Notes: generated from the letters alone by a model not told the origin. Counted from the first letter of the stretch, positions 28,293-37,365 are shown. The stretch is 64,000 nucleotides of DNA from Nitrospirota bacterium (GCA_963721805.1 CAVRJY010000001.1:864001-928000); one strand, 5' to 3'. Numbers and translations: made by a program.

Positions 28293-28808
28293 TTATTTGA
28301 TCTTTAGCGGGATTCCCGAGACCACGAGCCATGCCTCGTCCGAGGCGGCCGCGATCGCGCTGTTAAGCGCCCCGGCGTGGTCGCGGAACGAGCGTGCGAG
28401 CGCGTTTTCAGGCACTATGCCCAGCCCGACCTCGTTCGATACCACGATGATCGTGGTTTGGTGCGGGCAGCTCTTTATCGCGTTGACGAGCGAGCCTGAG
28501 CGGCTGGCGATGTCCGCCCGCGTGTGCATGAGGTTAGATAGCCATAGCGTGACGCAATCGAGCACGACCACCTCGTACTGAGGCGCGGTGCGCGCAATGG
28601 CGGATTCGATCTCCAGCGGTTCTTCATAGGAGTGCCAGTCTGGCCCGCGCTGGAGCTTGTGGAGGCGGATGCGCTCCGCGCATTCCTCGTCACGGGGCTC
28701 CATCGTGGCTATGAACGCGCGCGGGCCGGGGATCTGCGCTGCAAGCGACAGCGCGAAGGCGCTCTTGCCCGAGCGGGCGCCGCCGGTTATGAAGACAGCC
28801 CGGCCCAT
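28293..28808 (-). CDS. cobU: Adenosylcobinamide kinase/adenosylcobinamide-phosphate guanylyltransferase
   Basis: [39 protein letters not shown]; start set at ATG 28808. Confidence 0.93.
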   Translation of the reverse strand: MGRAVFITGGARSGKSAFALSLAAQIPGPRAFIATMEPRDEECAERIRLHKLQRGPDWHSYEEPLEIESAIARTAPQYEVVVLDCVTLWLSNLMHTRADIASRSGSLVNAIKSCPHQTTIIVVSNEVGLGIVPENALARSFRDHAGALNSAIAAASDEAWLVVSGIPLKIK

Positions 28809-28971
28809 CACATGCCCCTGCGGTTGCGGAGAAATGAAAAGCCCCGGCAGGATGCCGGAGAGTGCGGCATGTAACGCTCCATCTTGATGATCTCCTTGTC
28901 TTCGCAAGGGGGGCCGCGGGCGGGTCATTGACCCCTTCCGCTTAAATCACTGGCCCCTCAAGGTTAATCTG

Positions 28972-29142
28972 CGCGGGCAGGTTTTCTGGCTCCCGGATCG
29001 TCCTACTCGCCCGGCCTTCCCATCCGCGTGAGCGGACAGTGGCATGGTGGGCTTTCGTCCCCGGCTACAGCGGCGGGACCGCTCCCGATTCAAACGGGAT
29101 TCCCTTTTGTCAGCGCCCCGCAATTGCCGGGGCACCCGCGTA
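28972..29142 (-). ncRNA. Cobalamin riboswitch (upstream of cobU)
   Basis: Minus strand: GGTGCC, AAAAGGGAATCCCG, GCGGTCCCGCCGCTGTA, GCCACTG...GGGAAGG, GAGCCAGAAAACCTGCC; ends approximate. Confidence 0.92.
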
Positions 29143-29299
29143 TATATTTAATCAGCGCGGGGGAGGGAATGTCAACGCCGTAAATAAGCCTCATCGCGGC
29201 GGCATTTCCGCCAGGTCCGGAGGGCGCTGAATGCGGCGTTTTTGGGGGCTAGTGCATGCGCGCATCTTCTGATATACTGAGCTCAGGAGGGTACTGATT

Positions 29300-30157
29300 A
29301 TGACCGATATTGCATGTAAGTCTACGAAGTTAGGGAAGATTTTGCTCGCCACGGACGGCTCTGAATTCAGCGCCGGAGCGGTACGCGAGGCCATTGCCCT
29401 GGCCAGGGGCGCAAAGGCTGCGCTGGTGGCGATGATGGTGGTCGAGTTCAACCCCGAGTACGATGTCATGGCCCCGGAAACGCAGGTGAAGCACGAGGCC
29501 CAGGCGGTCGCGGCGGTGGGCGCGATCTGCGCGGAGGCGGCCAAAGAAGGCATCCCCTGCGAGACGGTCGCGCTACGGCACTCAAGCCCGTGGCTGGCGG
29601 TAGTCGAGGAGGCCACGAGCAGGGGCTGTGACCTGATCGTCATGGGCCGCCACGGCCGGCGAGGGCTGGCGCGGCTGATGCTCGGCAGCGTCACCGCGCG
29701 CGTCATCGGGCATTCGCCCGTAAACGTGCTGGTCGCCCCAAAGGAAGGCCGGACGGGCAAGGCGGTCCTGATCGCCACGGACGGCTCGGCCTACAGCGAC
29801 AAGGCAGCCTGCGAGGGCATAGAGATAGCCAGGTCGCTCGGGGTGCCGGTCGTCGTCACCTCGGCCGCAGAGGGCGACGAGAAAAACGCCAAGACCCATA
29901 TCGAGAAGATCACTAACTCGGCAAAGAACCTCGGCGTGGCGGCCGAGGGCATCGTTGTGCACGGCCGGCCGTACGAGGCGATAGCCAAGGCGGCAAAGGA
30001 CAAAAACGCCGGGGTGATCGTCATCGGAAGCTACGGCAAGACCGGGCTCGAGCGTCTGCTTATGGGCAGCGTGACCGAGCGGGTAATAGGCCTTGCCGAC
30101 TGCCCGGTCTTCGTCGCGGCATCGGGGACGTACCACAGCAAGTACATAAAGAAATAG
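29300..30157 (+). CDS. Tandem universal stress protein (two USP domains)
   Basis: KILLATDGS...DLIVMGRHG...LGSVT...VLV and VLIATDGS...IVIGSYG...MGSVTERV. Confidence 0.92.
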   Translation: MTDIACKSTKLGKILLATDGSEFSAGAVREAIALARGAKAALVAMMVVEFNPEYDVMAPETQVKHEAQAVAAVGAICAEAAKEGIPCETVALRHSSPWLAVVEEATSRGCDLIVMGRHGRRGLARLMLGSVTARVIGHSPVNVLVAPKEGRTGKAVLIATDGSAYSDKAACEGIEIARSLGVPVVVTSAAEGDEKNAKTHIEKITNSAKNLGVAAEGIVVHGRPYEAIAKAAKDKNAGVIVIGSYGKTGLERLLMGSVTERVIGLADCPVFVAASGTYHSKYIKK

Positions 30158-30192
30158 CCCGGCCGCCGGGGCCGGGTATCTGGCTTCGTTTT

Positions 30193-30218
30193 AAGGGGCG
30201 CGGACGCGCCCCTTTTTG
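30193..30218 (+). terminator. Probable intrinsic terminator after usp
   Basis: AAGGGGCGCG-GA-CGCGCCCCTT followed by TTTG. Confidence 0.65.
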
Positions 30219-30264
30219 TTGCCCTGCGGACTGCCCCCCACGATACGATGAAATCAAAAAACTG

Positions 30265-30293
30265 TTGACAAACCATGCGGTAATACCTAGAAT
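30265..30293 (+). promoter_or_regulatory. sigma70-type promoter of the AbrB-PIN operon
   Basis: TTGACA-N17-TAGAAT. Confidence 0.7.
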
Positions 30294-30383
30294 AAAACTG
30301 ACAATAAAAGAATAAGGAATAAAAAACGACATATCCAAAAGAAAGAGAACTACAATAAAGAACTACTTAATAAAAGTAATACC

Positions 30384-30578
30384 ATGCCGGTAATAACGAA
30401 AAAGGGGCAGGTGACGATTCCCAAGGAGATGCGCGAGGGCCTCCATATAAAGGAGGGCGACAGCGTGACGTTCGAGCTGCGCGAGGGCGAGATCGCTCTC
30501 AGGAAGCTCGAGCGCGTCTCGATACTCGGCCTCGGCGGTATGCTCAAGGGCTCATCCAGGAAGGGCAGGCCCTCATGA
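30384..30578 (+). CDS. AbrB/MazE/SpoVT-family antitoxin-like DNA-binding protein
   Basis: ITKKGQVTIPKEMREGLHIKEGDSVTF; ATGA overlap with PIN gene. Confidence 0.9.
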   Translation: MPVITKKGQVTIPKEMREGLHIKEGDSVTFELREGEIALRKLERVSILGLGGMLKGSSRKGRPS

Positions 30579-31009
30579 GCGCCGCCGCGGTGCGAAACGT
30601 CGCGAGGGCCGTGTTCGTCGATACCGACGTGTTCCTGCGCTTCCTGCTTAGAGACAGCGAGGCCCCGTACAAGCGCGCCCGCGAGCTTTTCGAGCTCGCC
30701 GAATCAGGCGCGGTCAAGCTCGACACGACCGTGACCGCCTTTGCCGCCCTTGCGGATGAGCTTGAGGCCTACGGCCTCGGGCGCGCCGAGATAAAGGACA
30801 TCCTCAGGGCGATCCTCGGCACCCGCAACCTGAGGGTCCAAAACCGCCTGCTGGTCGCGGGCGCGGTGGAGCTGCTAGGCCGCGGCATGAGCTTCAGGGA
30901 CGCATACGCTGTGGCCTACATGAAGGACAAGGGCATAACGAAGACCGCGACGTTTCGGCGCGGCGGGATCGGCACGGCGGGCGAGCCGATCTGGAAGGAT
31001 ACGGCATAG
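30575..31009 (+). CDS. PIN-domain (VapC-like) protein, acidic active-site set incomplete
   Basis: VFVDTDVFLRFLL, MSFRDAY, ATF; position downstream of AbrB. Confidence 0.75.
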   Translation: MSAAAVRNVARAVFVDTDVFLRFLLRDSEAPYKRARELFELAESGAVKLDTTVTAFAALADELEAYGLGRAEIKDILRAILGTRNLRVQNRLLVAGAVELLGRGMSFRDAYAVAYMKDKGITKTATFRRGGIGTAGEPIWKDTA

Positions 31010-31014
31010 CGGAC

Positions 31015-32397
31015 ATGGACAGGCTCTTTGCGTATAAGATGCTGATGACGCGCGGCACGCTCGAGGGCCTCTCGGACGAGGCCGCGCTCAGGCACATAGA
31101 CCGCCTTTCGGAGGCAGCGGTGGGCGTGGCTAAGGCCGACGGTCTGATGCGGGCCATCGGGCTTGCGGAGGAGCTTATCAGGCGCGGCACGCTGAAGCCC
31201 GCAGAGGAGTCCTCCGTGCACTTCGCGCTCGCCGAGGCGTGGGAGAAGCTGAGGGTCGTAAAGCGTACGCAGGTCGAGCTCTGGGAGCAGGACGAGATCG
31301 AGCACGAACTGCACCACCTGCGGCTCTCGGTGCCGCGCGATGGGGTCCGCGACGTACCGCGCGAGCGGCTCTGCCAGTCGCTATCGAACACGGCCGCGCT
31401 GCTTAACCACGTCGGACGGTTCTCCGAGGCGATAGAGCTTTGGGACCGCGCGCTCTCGCTGATGCCCTCTTTCGCGATGGCGCGGGGCAAGCGGGGCTAT
31501 GCGCTTACGCACTACGCCCAGACGCTGTATGACCGCGCTCAGGCCGCCGCGTTCCTTAAATGCGCGCACGCGGAACTCGGCACCTCGCTTCGCCTCGGGC
31601 TCTATGACAAGGCGCGCGGGTATTTCGAGTCGCGGCTGCGCTGGATCGAGGCGCGCATCTCGCCCGAGGAACTGGCCTCCGGGCTCGCGCTCGACGACTA
31701 CTCTGAGGGCTGCACGGAGGATGAGTCGCTATACAGGCGCTGGTGCCTCGATGCGCGGCTGTTTCTAAACCCTCTAAACGACCTCGGCCCGTTTCCGGTC
31801 GCGGCGCGCGACACCCTGCACCTTGACGGCCCCGCCCGTGACCCGTATTTTCAGGCCTTCTTCAGCCAGGCGAAGCGGGCCTACGTGTCGGCCCGCGCCC
31901 TATATTACGAGGGGCTCAACGCGGAGGGTCCGCAATTTACCGAGCGGGGCATCAACGGGACCCGCTCCCTCTCGGTCGACAAGATCAATGCAGCGTACCG
32001 CATCGCATACGGGCTTAGCGGGAAGGTAGCGCTATTCCTCGACCAGTATCTCAGCCTCGGCATCCCGGAGGGCAGGCTCGCGTTTGACACGCTTTGGTAT
32101 AACGGGCAGCTCAGGGCCGAAGGGTTGAGGCCGGAGTTTGCAAGCCGCCGCAACTGGCCGCTGAGGGGGCTGTTCTGGCTGAGCAAGGAGCTTTTCCCGT
32201 GCGGAGGCGCGGCCGGCGCAGGATCGCTCATCGTAGATGATCCGCTATATGGCTTCAGGCGCGGGGAGTTCGAGGCCCGGACGTTGCGAGCCCTGAAGCT
32301 CGTGCGCTCGGCGCTGCTCTACCTGGCCATGGCGGTGCACGCCGAGGAGCGCGGCCGGAAGACCCGGCTTATCGCGCATCCCCCGGCCGGGGCATAA
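31015..32397 (+). CDS. TPR + LA2681-like HEPN domain protein, RxxxxH motif apparently absent
   Basis: TPR-like helices (GRFSEAIELWDRAL), YRRWCL..RLFLNPLNDLG, YVSAR.LYYEG, NWPLRGLFWLSK, LKLVRSALLYLAMAVHAEE, recalled as LA2681-family signatures. Confidence 0.7.
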   Translation: MDRLFAYKMLMTRGTLEGLSDEAALRHIDRLSEAAVGVAKADGLMRAIGLAEELIRRGTLKPAEESSVHFALAEAWEKLRVVKRTQVELWEQDEIEHELHHLRLSVPRDGVRDVPRERLCQSLSNTAALLNHVGRFSEAIELWDRALSLMPSFAMARGKRGYALTHYAQTLYDRAQAAAFLKCAHAELGTSLRLGLYDKARGYFESRLRWIEARISPEELASGLALDDYSEGCTEDESLYRRWCLDARLFLNPLNDLGPFPVAARDTLHLDGPARDPYFQAFFSQAKRAYVSARALYYEGLNAEGPQFTERGINGTRSLSVDKINAAYRIAYGLSGKVALFLDQYLSLGIPEGRLAFDTLWYNGQLRAEGLRPEFASRRNWPLRGLFWLSKELFPCGGAAGAGSLIVDDPLYGFRRGEFEARTLRALKLVRSALLYLAMAVHAEERGRKTRLIAHPPAGA

Positions 32398-32418
32398 GCT
32401 CTCCCCTTAGTCGCTCTC

Positions 32419-32982
32419 TTAGGGCGCGACTATGATGTCAAAGGCGCTCTTCCACTTCATGAGCGTGAGCCTGGCGCCGGGGAACGACTTCGCGATCTTC
32501 AGTGCGTCCGCCCTGAAATCCGCGTGATAGTATATCGTCCGCTTCTTGATCGACTTGCCGCCGGTCCTGACTAAAGTGACGTCTCCGTAACCGAGTTTCT
32601 TAAGCTTCGGCACCGCGGCCACGGCGGCCCTGCCGCCCTTGTCCGCGCCACGCGCCAATACCTTGATCTTCAGGCCCTCGCCCGCAGCGGCTGACTCAGG
32701 GGCGGCCTCGGGCTTCTTCGCCTCCTCGATGGAGGCCGCGAGCCTGTCCTGCCCTGTCTTGAGCTCGGCGGTCTGGGCCTCTACGGCCTTGAGCCTGCCA
32801 TCGGTGTCGCTGGCCTTCAGCTCGAGGTTTTCGACCTTCGTGAGCATCGCCCTGTTATCGTCCTGAAGCGCGACCACGGACTTCTCGAGCGCCTTGTACC
32901 TGACCTCCTTCGCGCCCCCGGCGCACGCGGCGAACAGCAGCCCCATCGACAGCAAGCAGGCGATATATAATGCGCGTCTCAT
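32419..32982 (-). CDS. Lipoprotein with coiled coil and LytR_C-like C-terminal domain
   Basis: Lipobox LLFAAC, heptad region, IKVL.RG...LKKLGY...TIYY...ALKIA...DIIV; GGAGG RBS before ATG 32982. Confidence 0.55.
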   Translation of the reverse strand: MRRALYIACLLSMGLLFAACAGGAKEVRYKALEKSVVALQDDNRAMLTKVENLELKASDTDGRLKAVEAQTAELKTGQDRLAASIEEAKKPEAAPESAAAGEGLKIKVLARGADKGGRAAVAAVPKLKKLGYGDVTLVRTGGKSIKKRTIYYHADFRADALKIAKSFPGARLTLMKWKSAFDIIVAP

Positions 32983-33015
32983 ATCCCACACCTCCGCAAG
33001 TTTGGTTTTCGTCAT

Positions 33016-33606
33016 CTATAGCACGCCCTTGGTCGAGGGCACGGCGCCCTTTGACCGGGGGTCCAGCTCCATCGCGTTTCTTAGCGCTCGGCCCAGGGCC
33101 TTGAATATGCCCTCCACCATGTGGTGGGTGTTGCGGCCGTAAGGCACGTTGACGTGCAGGGTCACGCCCGCATGGTTTACGAACGCATGCAGGAAGTCCT
33201 CGACCAGGTCCACGTCGAATTCCTTTATCCTGGCCCGTTTCGGGTATGAAACCCGGTACACGAGATATGGCCTGCCGCTGATATCCAGACTGACAGACGC
33301 AAGCGCCTCGTCCATCGGCACTTCCGCGCTGCCGTACCTGCGTATGCCCTTCATCTCGCCCAGCGACTCCTTGAGGCAGCGGCCTATCACTATGCCCAGG
33401 TCCTCGACCGTGTGGTGGTCGTCCACATCGAGGTCGCCCTTAGCGGCGACCTTCGCGTCGATAAGCCCGTGCTTGAACATCAGGCTCAGCATGTGGTCGA
33501 AAAACGCTATGCCGGTCGAGACCTTGTGCACCCCGCTGCCGTCGATGCGCAGCGTGACATTTATATCGGTCTCTTTCGTCTTTCTCTTGATCGTGGACTC
33601 TCTCAT
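33016..33606 (-). CDS. hisB: Imidazoleglycerol-phosphate dehydratase
   Basis: RKTKETDI, FFDHML, GDLDVDDHHTVED, PMDEAL, NTHHMVEGIFKA, PSTKGVL. Confidence 0.96.
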   Translation of the reverse strand: MRESTIKRKTKETDINVTLRIDGSGVHKVSTGIAFFDHMLSLMFKHGLIDAKVAAKGDLDVDDHHTVEDLGIVIGRCLKESLGEMKGIRRYGSAEVPMDEALASVSLDISGRPYLVYRVSYPKRARIKEFDVDLVEDFLHAFVNHAGVTLHVNVPYGRNTHHMVEGIFKALGRALRNAMELDPRSKGAVPSTKGVL

Positions 33607-33614
33607 TTGGCTGG

Positions 33615-34644
33615 TTATCCTTTTTTGAGCGTATCTTTAAGCGCGAGCAGAAACGCGCTGTTTTCCTTCTGCGTGCCGACCGTGACCCTCAGGCAGCCGG
33701 GCACGACGCAATCCATGTTGCGCACGAGCACGCCCCGCCGAAGCAGGCCCTTGTGCACCGCGTCAGGGCGCGCGACCTTAAACAGTATGAAGTTCGCCTC
33801 GGAGGGGTAGGGCTCGACGCCATCGGTATTCTCAAGCCCGGACATCAGAGTGTCTCGTTCCTTGACGACCGAGCGCACTATGGAGCGCATGGTTTTTTTG
33901 TCCTTGAGCGCCTTGACCGCTAGAGACTGGGAGCAGGAGTTGAGGTTAAACGGGAGCCTGACCTTGTTGATCTCGCCTATGAGGGACGGATCGGCGGCGA
34001 GGTAGCCCACGCGCAGGGCCGCGAGCCCGATCTTGCTCAGCGTGCGCATGATTACCATGTTCGGGTAGTCGCGCAGCAGAGGCGCGAAGCCTTTTTCACT
34101 CGCAAAGGGTTGGTACGCCTCGTCAACGACGACTATCGAACGCTTCGCGGCCTCGGCTATTCGGAGGATGCCCTCGGCGGACATGCAGTTGCCTGTCGGA
34201 TTGTTGGGAGAGGCGATGAAGATCAGCTTGGGTTTCTCCTTGCGTATGGACTTGAGCATCGCGCCCGTATCGAGATCGAAATCGGCGTTTAGAGGCACGG
34301 AGACCGGCCTGTGTCCAAGCGCCTGAGCGATTATGCCATACATAACGAACGTGGGCGTCGGGAAGAGCACCGGGCCGCCAAACGTGGTGATGAGGTAATA
34401 GATGAGTTCGTCCGAGCCGTTGCCGGTGAGTATGTTTTCGGCTGTCGAGGCCCATCGGGCGGCTGAGCTCGCGCCTGAGAGCCTTGGACTCGGGGTCCGG
34501 GTAGCGGTTGAGGTCAATGCCCTTAAACAGGGCCGGGCCGATGGGGCTCTCGTTTGCGTCGAGCTTGACGCGGCACGGGACCTCCTTCGCCTCATAGGCG
34601 CGGAGCCCCCTGACGTTCGGCCTTACGAGCTTGCGCAAATCCAT
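33615..34644 (-). pseudogene. hisC: Histidinol-phosphate aminotransferase interrupted by a single-base frameshift near 34440-34460 (may be a sequencing error)
   Basis: N-part MDLRKLVRP...KLDANESP...NRYPDP in one frame; ENILTGNGSDE, SPNNPTG, VDEAY, RTLSKIGLAALRVGY in another. Confidence 0.85.
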
Positions 34645-34696
34645 CTTAACCGCACCCTCCAGTGCCCTCGTAACGGGGCGAATGTATTATACATTA

Positions 34697-34874
34697 GAAC
34701 CTGTCTCAAGATTGATTCTGGCTGCAAGAGGCTGAGATCGCGGGATACGGCGTCGTACAAGCAAAAATCGTCCTCAATGTAGCGCTGCTATACCTACGTC
34801 CGATTTTTCCTTTTCTCCTTGTCTGCCACGATTTCCTCTCTCTTTCGCTTCAGAATCAATCTTGAGACAAGTTC
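34697..34874. mobile_element. MITE-like non-coding element with 24-bp terminal inverted repeats
   Basis: GAACCTGTCTCAAGATTGATTCTG (34697-34720) vs CAGAATCAATCTTGAGACAAGTTC (34851-34874), 1 mismatch; internal AAAAATCG...CGATTTTT dyad. Confidence 0.7.
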
Positions 34875-34892
34875 AGCGCATTTGAGGCGGAT

Positions 34893-34928
34893 AAAAAAAG
34901 GGGCCGCGGCAATGCCGCTGCCCCTTTT
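34893..34928 (-). terminator. Probable intrinsic terminator of the repeat-lipoprotein gene
   Basis: AAAAAAAGGGGCCGCGGC-AAT-GCCGCTGCCCCTTTT hairpin with A-tract on plus (U-tract on minus). Confidence 0.7.
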
Positions 34929-34970
34929 GCCGGACTGTTAAGCGTTTGAGCTATCGCTCAGGCGGCCTCG

Positions 34971-36366
34971 TCACGGGCCGGCCTCGAATATCTGGTTGTT
35001 CGCGCCGTCTGACTGATACCACGTGATGATCGAGTTCCCGGCGGCGTCCATCGCGACCTGTGGGTCATAGGCGTCCTGCCCGTAGGGGCTGATGTTGTCG
35101 GTGAGGCTGGAGGGGTTCGTCCAGGAGGCTCCGTCGTAAACGCTCTTGAATATCTGGTTGTTCGCGCCGTCGGACTGATACCACGTGATGATCGAGTTCC
35201 CGGCGGCGTCCATCGCGACCTCTGGAGTAAATGGCATCCTGCCCGCTGGGGCTTATGTTGTCGGTGAGGCCGGAGGGGTTCGTCCAGGAGGCTCCGTCGT
35301 AAACGCTCTTGAATATCTGGTAATTCGTGCCATCGGACTGATACCATGTGATGACCGCGCCGCCACTGTCACTCATCGCGGCCTGAGGACTTACAGCACT
35401 CTGCCCGTCGGGGCTGATGTTGTCGGTGAGGCCCGATGGGTTGGCCCATGAGGTCCCGTTGTAAACGCTCTTGAAGATCTGGGTGTTCGTCCCGTCGGAC
35501 TCGTACCACGTGATGATCGCGTTGTCGTTATTGTCCATCGCGACCGCCGGGTTATTGGCCCACTTCCCGTCGGGGCTGATATAGTCGCCGATGCCTGAGG
35601 GGCCGGTCCATGAGCCGCCCCGGTACTCGCTCTTGTAGACGTGATAGTTCGTGCCGTCGTACTCGTCCCATGTGATGATCGCGTTGCCGTTGTCGTCCAT
35701 CGCGACCGAGGGAGAATCGGACCACTGCCCGGCGATACTTACAATGTCGCCTAGTCCTGAGGGGCTGGTCCATGAGCCGCCGCGATACTCGCTCTTGTAT
35801 ATATTGTTATGCGAGCCGTCGTACTGTTTCCAGGCGATGATCGCGTTGCCGCTCTGGTCCATCGCGATCCGGGGGGGCTCGGCATCCCCGCCGTCGGGGC
35901 TTATATTGTCGGTCAGCGACGAGGGGTTGGTCCATGAGGTCCCATTGTAGACGCTCTTGAATATCTGGGTATTAGAGCCGTCGTACTGCCGCCAGGTTAT
36001 GATCGCATCCCCGCTGTTATCCATCGCGACCCGCGGATTATATGCGTTGCTTCCGTCGGGGCTTATGTTGTCGGTGAGGCTGGAGGGGTTGGTCCATGAG
36101 GTCCCGTTGTATACGCTCTTGAATATCCGGGAATACGTCCCGTCGCTTTGGTCCAATACGATGATCGCGTTGCCATTGTCGTCCATCGCGACCTGTGGGT
36201 CGGAGGCGTTCTGGCCGTCGGGGCTCAGGTTGTTGGCCAGTGCCGGGTCAGGTGTTTTGCTGCTGCCGCCATCGCCTCCGCTGCTGCCGCCCGAGCCGCA
36301 GCCCGAAAGCGCTAATAAAAATACTGCCAGTAATATAAAGCCGGTCCTCTTAAATGCCATAGACAT
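34971..36366 (-). CDS. Lipoprotein built of eight ~54-aa beta-rich repeats (probable beta-propeller); frameshift near 35235
   Basis: Lipobox LALSGC, Gly/Ser linker, repeat consensus DNISPDG..A..P.VAMD..GNAIITW.Q.DG.N.QIFKS.Y.G.SW..PS.L; repeats 7-8 continue in a second frame. Confidence 0.8.
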
Positions 36367-36576
36367 CTCGCGTCTCCTCTCAGGTATAGATAGGATTATT
36401 GGCGTGGAAAAAACAATGCCGGTGAGCGGCCTCCCCCTTGAATACGCGGTCATGTTAACACCGGCATGGATTATTGTCAACCGTTTGGGTTCAGCGGGGC
36501 CAAAGCTTTACATATTTCGCACCGAAATCGTATAATTTTCGTTGAAAATCCCTGTGTCAAAAAGCGAGGAACGCGG

Positions 36577-37365
36577 ATGAACATAGTAGTCTGCATCAAG
36601 CAGGTCCCGGACACCGCCGAGGTGAGGATTAACCCAGAGACGGGCACCCTCATCCGCGAGGGAGTGCCGAGCATCATCAACCCATACGACATGCACGCCA
36701 TAGAGGCAGCGGTACAGATCAAGGAGGCCACCGGGGCGAAGGTCACGGTGCTGACGATGGGCCCGCCGCAGGCCGATGTCGCGCTCAGAGACGCAATCGC
36801 GATGGGCGCGGACGAGGCGGTGCTGATTAGCGACCGCGCATTCGCGGGCTCCGACACCTGGGCAACCTCATACACGCTCTCGCAGGCCCTGAGAAAGCTC
36901 TCGCCCGACATCATAATGTGCGGCAAGCAGGCTATAGACGGCGATACCGCGCAGGTCGGCCCCGAGGTCGCGGACATGCTCGACATCCCGCACGTGGCGT
37001 ACGTCCGCAAGGTCGTCGCGGTCGAGGAGGGCAAGATCATGGTGCAGCGGCTGATGGACGACGGCTATGACGTAGTGGCCTCTACGATGCCGGTGCTCCT
37101 GACCGTGGTTAAGGAGCTCAACATCCCCCGCCTGCCGTCGCTGAAGGGCAAGATGGCGGCCAAGAAGGCCGTGATCCCCAAATGGAGCGCCGCGGACATC
37201 GAGGCGATACCAGAGAACCTCGGGCTCACCGGCTCGCCCACCAAGGTCAAGAACATCTTCGCCCCGGAGATGCGCACCGACCGCGAGATGATCGAGGGCG
37301 GGTCTGTTGAAGAGAAGGTCGAGACGCTGATCGCGAAGCTTAAGGAGCTGAAATGGCAATTATAG
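36577..37365 (+). CDS. etfB: Electron transfer flavoprotein beta subunit
   Basis: VCIKQVPDT, NPYD, TMGPP, FAGSDTWATS, GKQAIDGDTAQVGP, PRLPSLKG. Confidence 0.95.
   Translation: MNIVVCIKQVPDTAEVRINPETGTLIREGVPSIINPYDMHAIEAAVQIKEATGAKVTVLTMGPPQADVALRDAIAMGADEAVLISDRAFAGSDTWATSYTLSQALRKLSPDIIMCGKQAIDGDTAQVGPEVADMLDIPHVAYVRKVVAVEEGKIMVQRLMDDGYDVVASTMPVLLTVVKELNIPRLPSLKGKMAAKKAVIPKWSAADIEAIPENLGLTGSPTKVKNIFAPEMRTDREMIEGGSVEEKVETLIAKLKELKWQL

Noticed and set aside
28947..29230. Short ORFs upstream of cobU, and 19959-20270 upstream of the Cys-rich gene
   Set aside because: They overlap cobalamin riboswitch aptamers, which explain the sequence better.
34430..34450. Programmed frameshifting in hisC at CGA-AAA
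   Set aside because: No convincing slippery run or stimulatory structure, and a second single-base insertion nearby points to sequence error.
34971..36250. Regular 162-bp periodicity as a CRISPR array or diversity-generating retroelement
   Set aside because: The repeats are in-frame coding units with synonymous variation and no repeat-spacer structure; no cas or reverse transcriptase gene is in the window, and I saw no adenine-specific pattern.
36400..36520. Cyclic-di-GMP riboswitch upstream of the repeat lipoprotein
   Set aside because: Only an ATGCCGGTG...CACCGGCAT dyad is visible; the conserved GEMM core is not.
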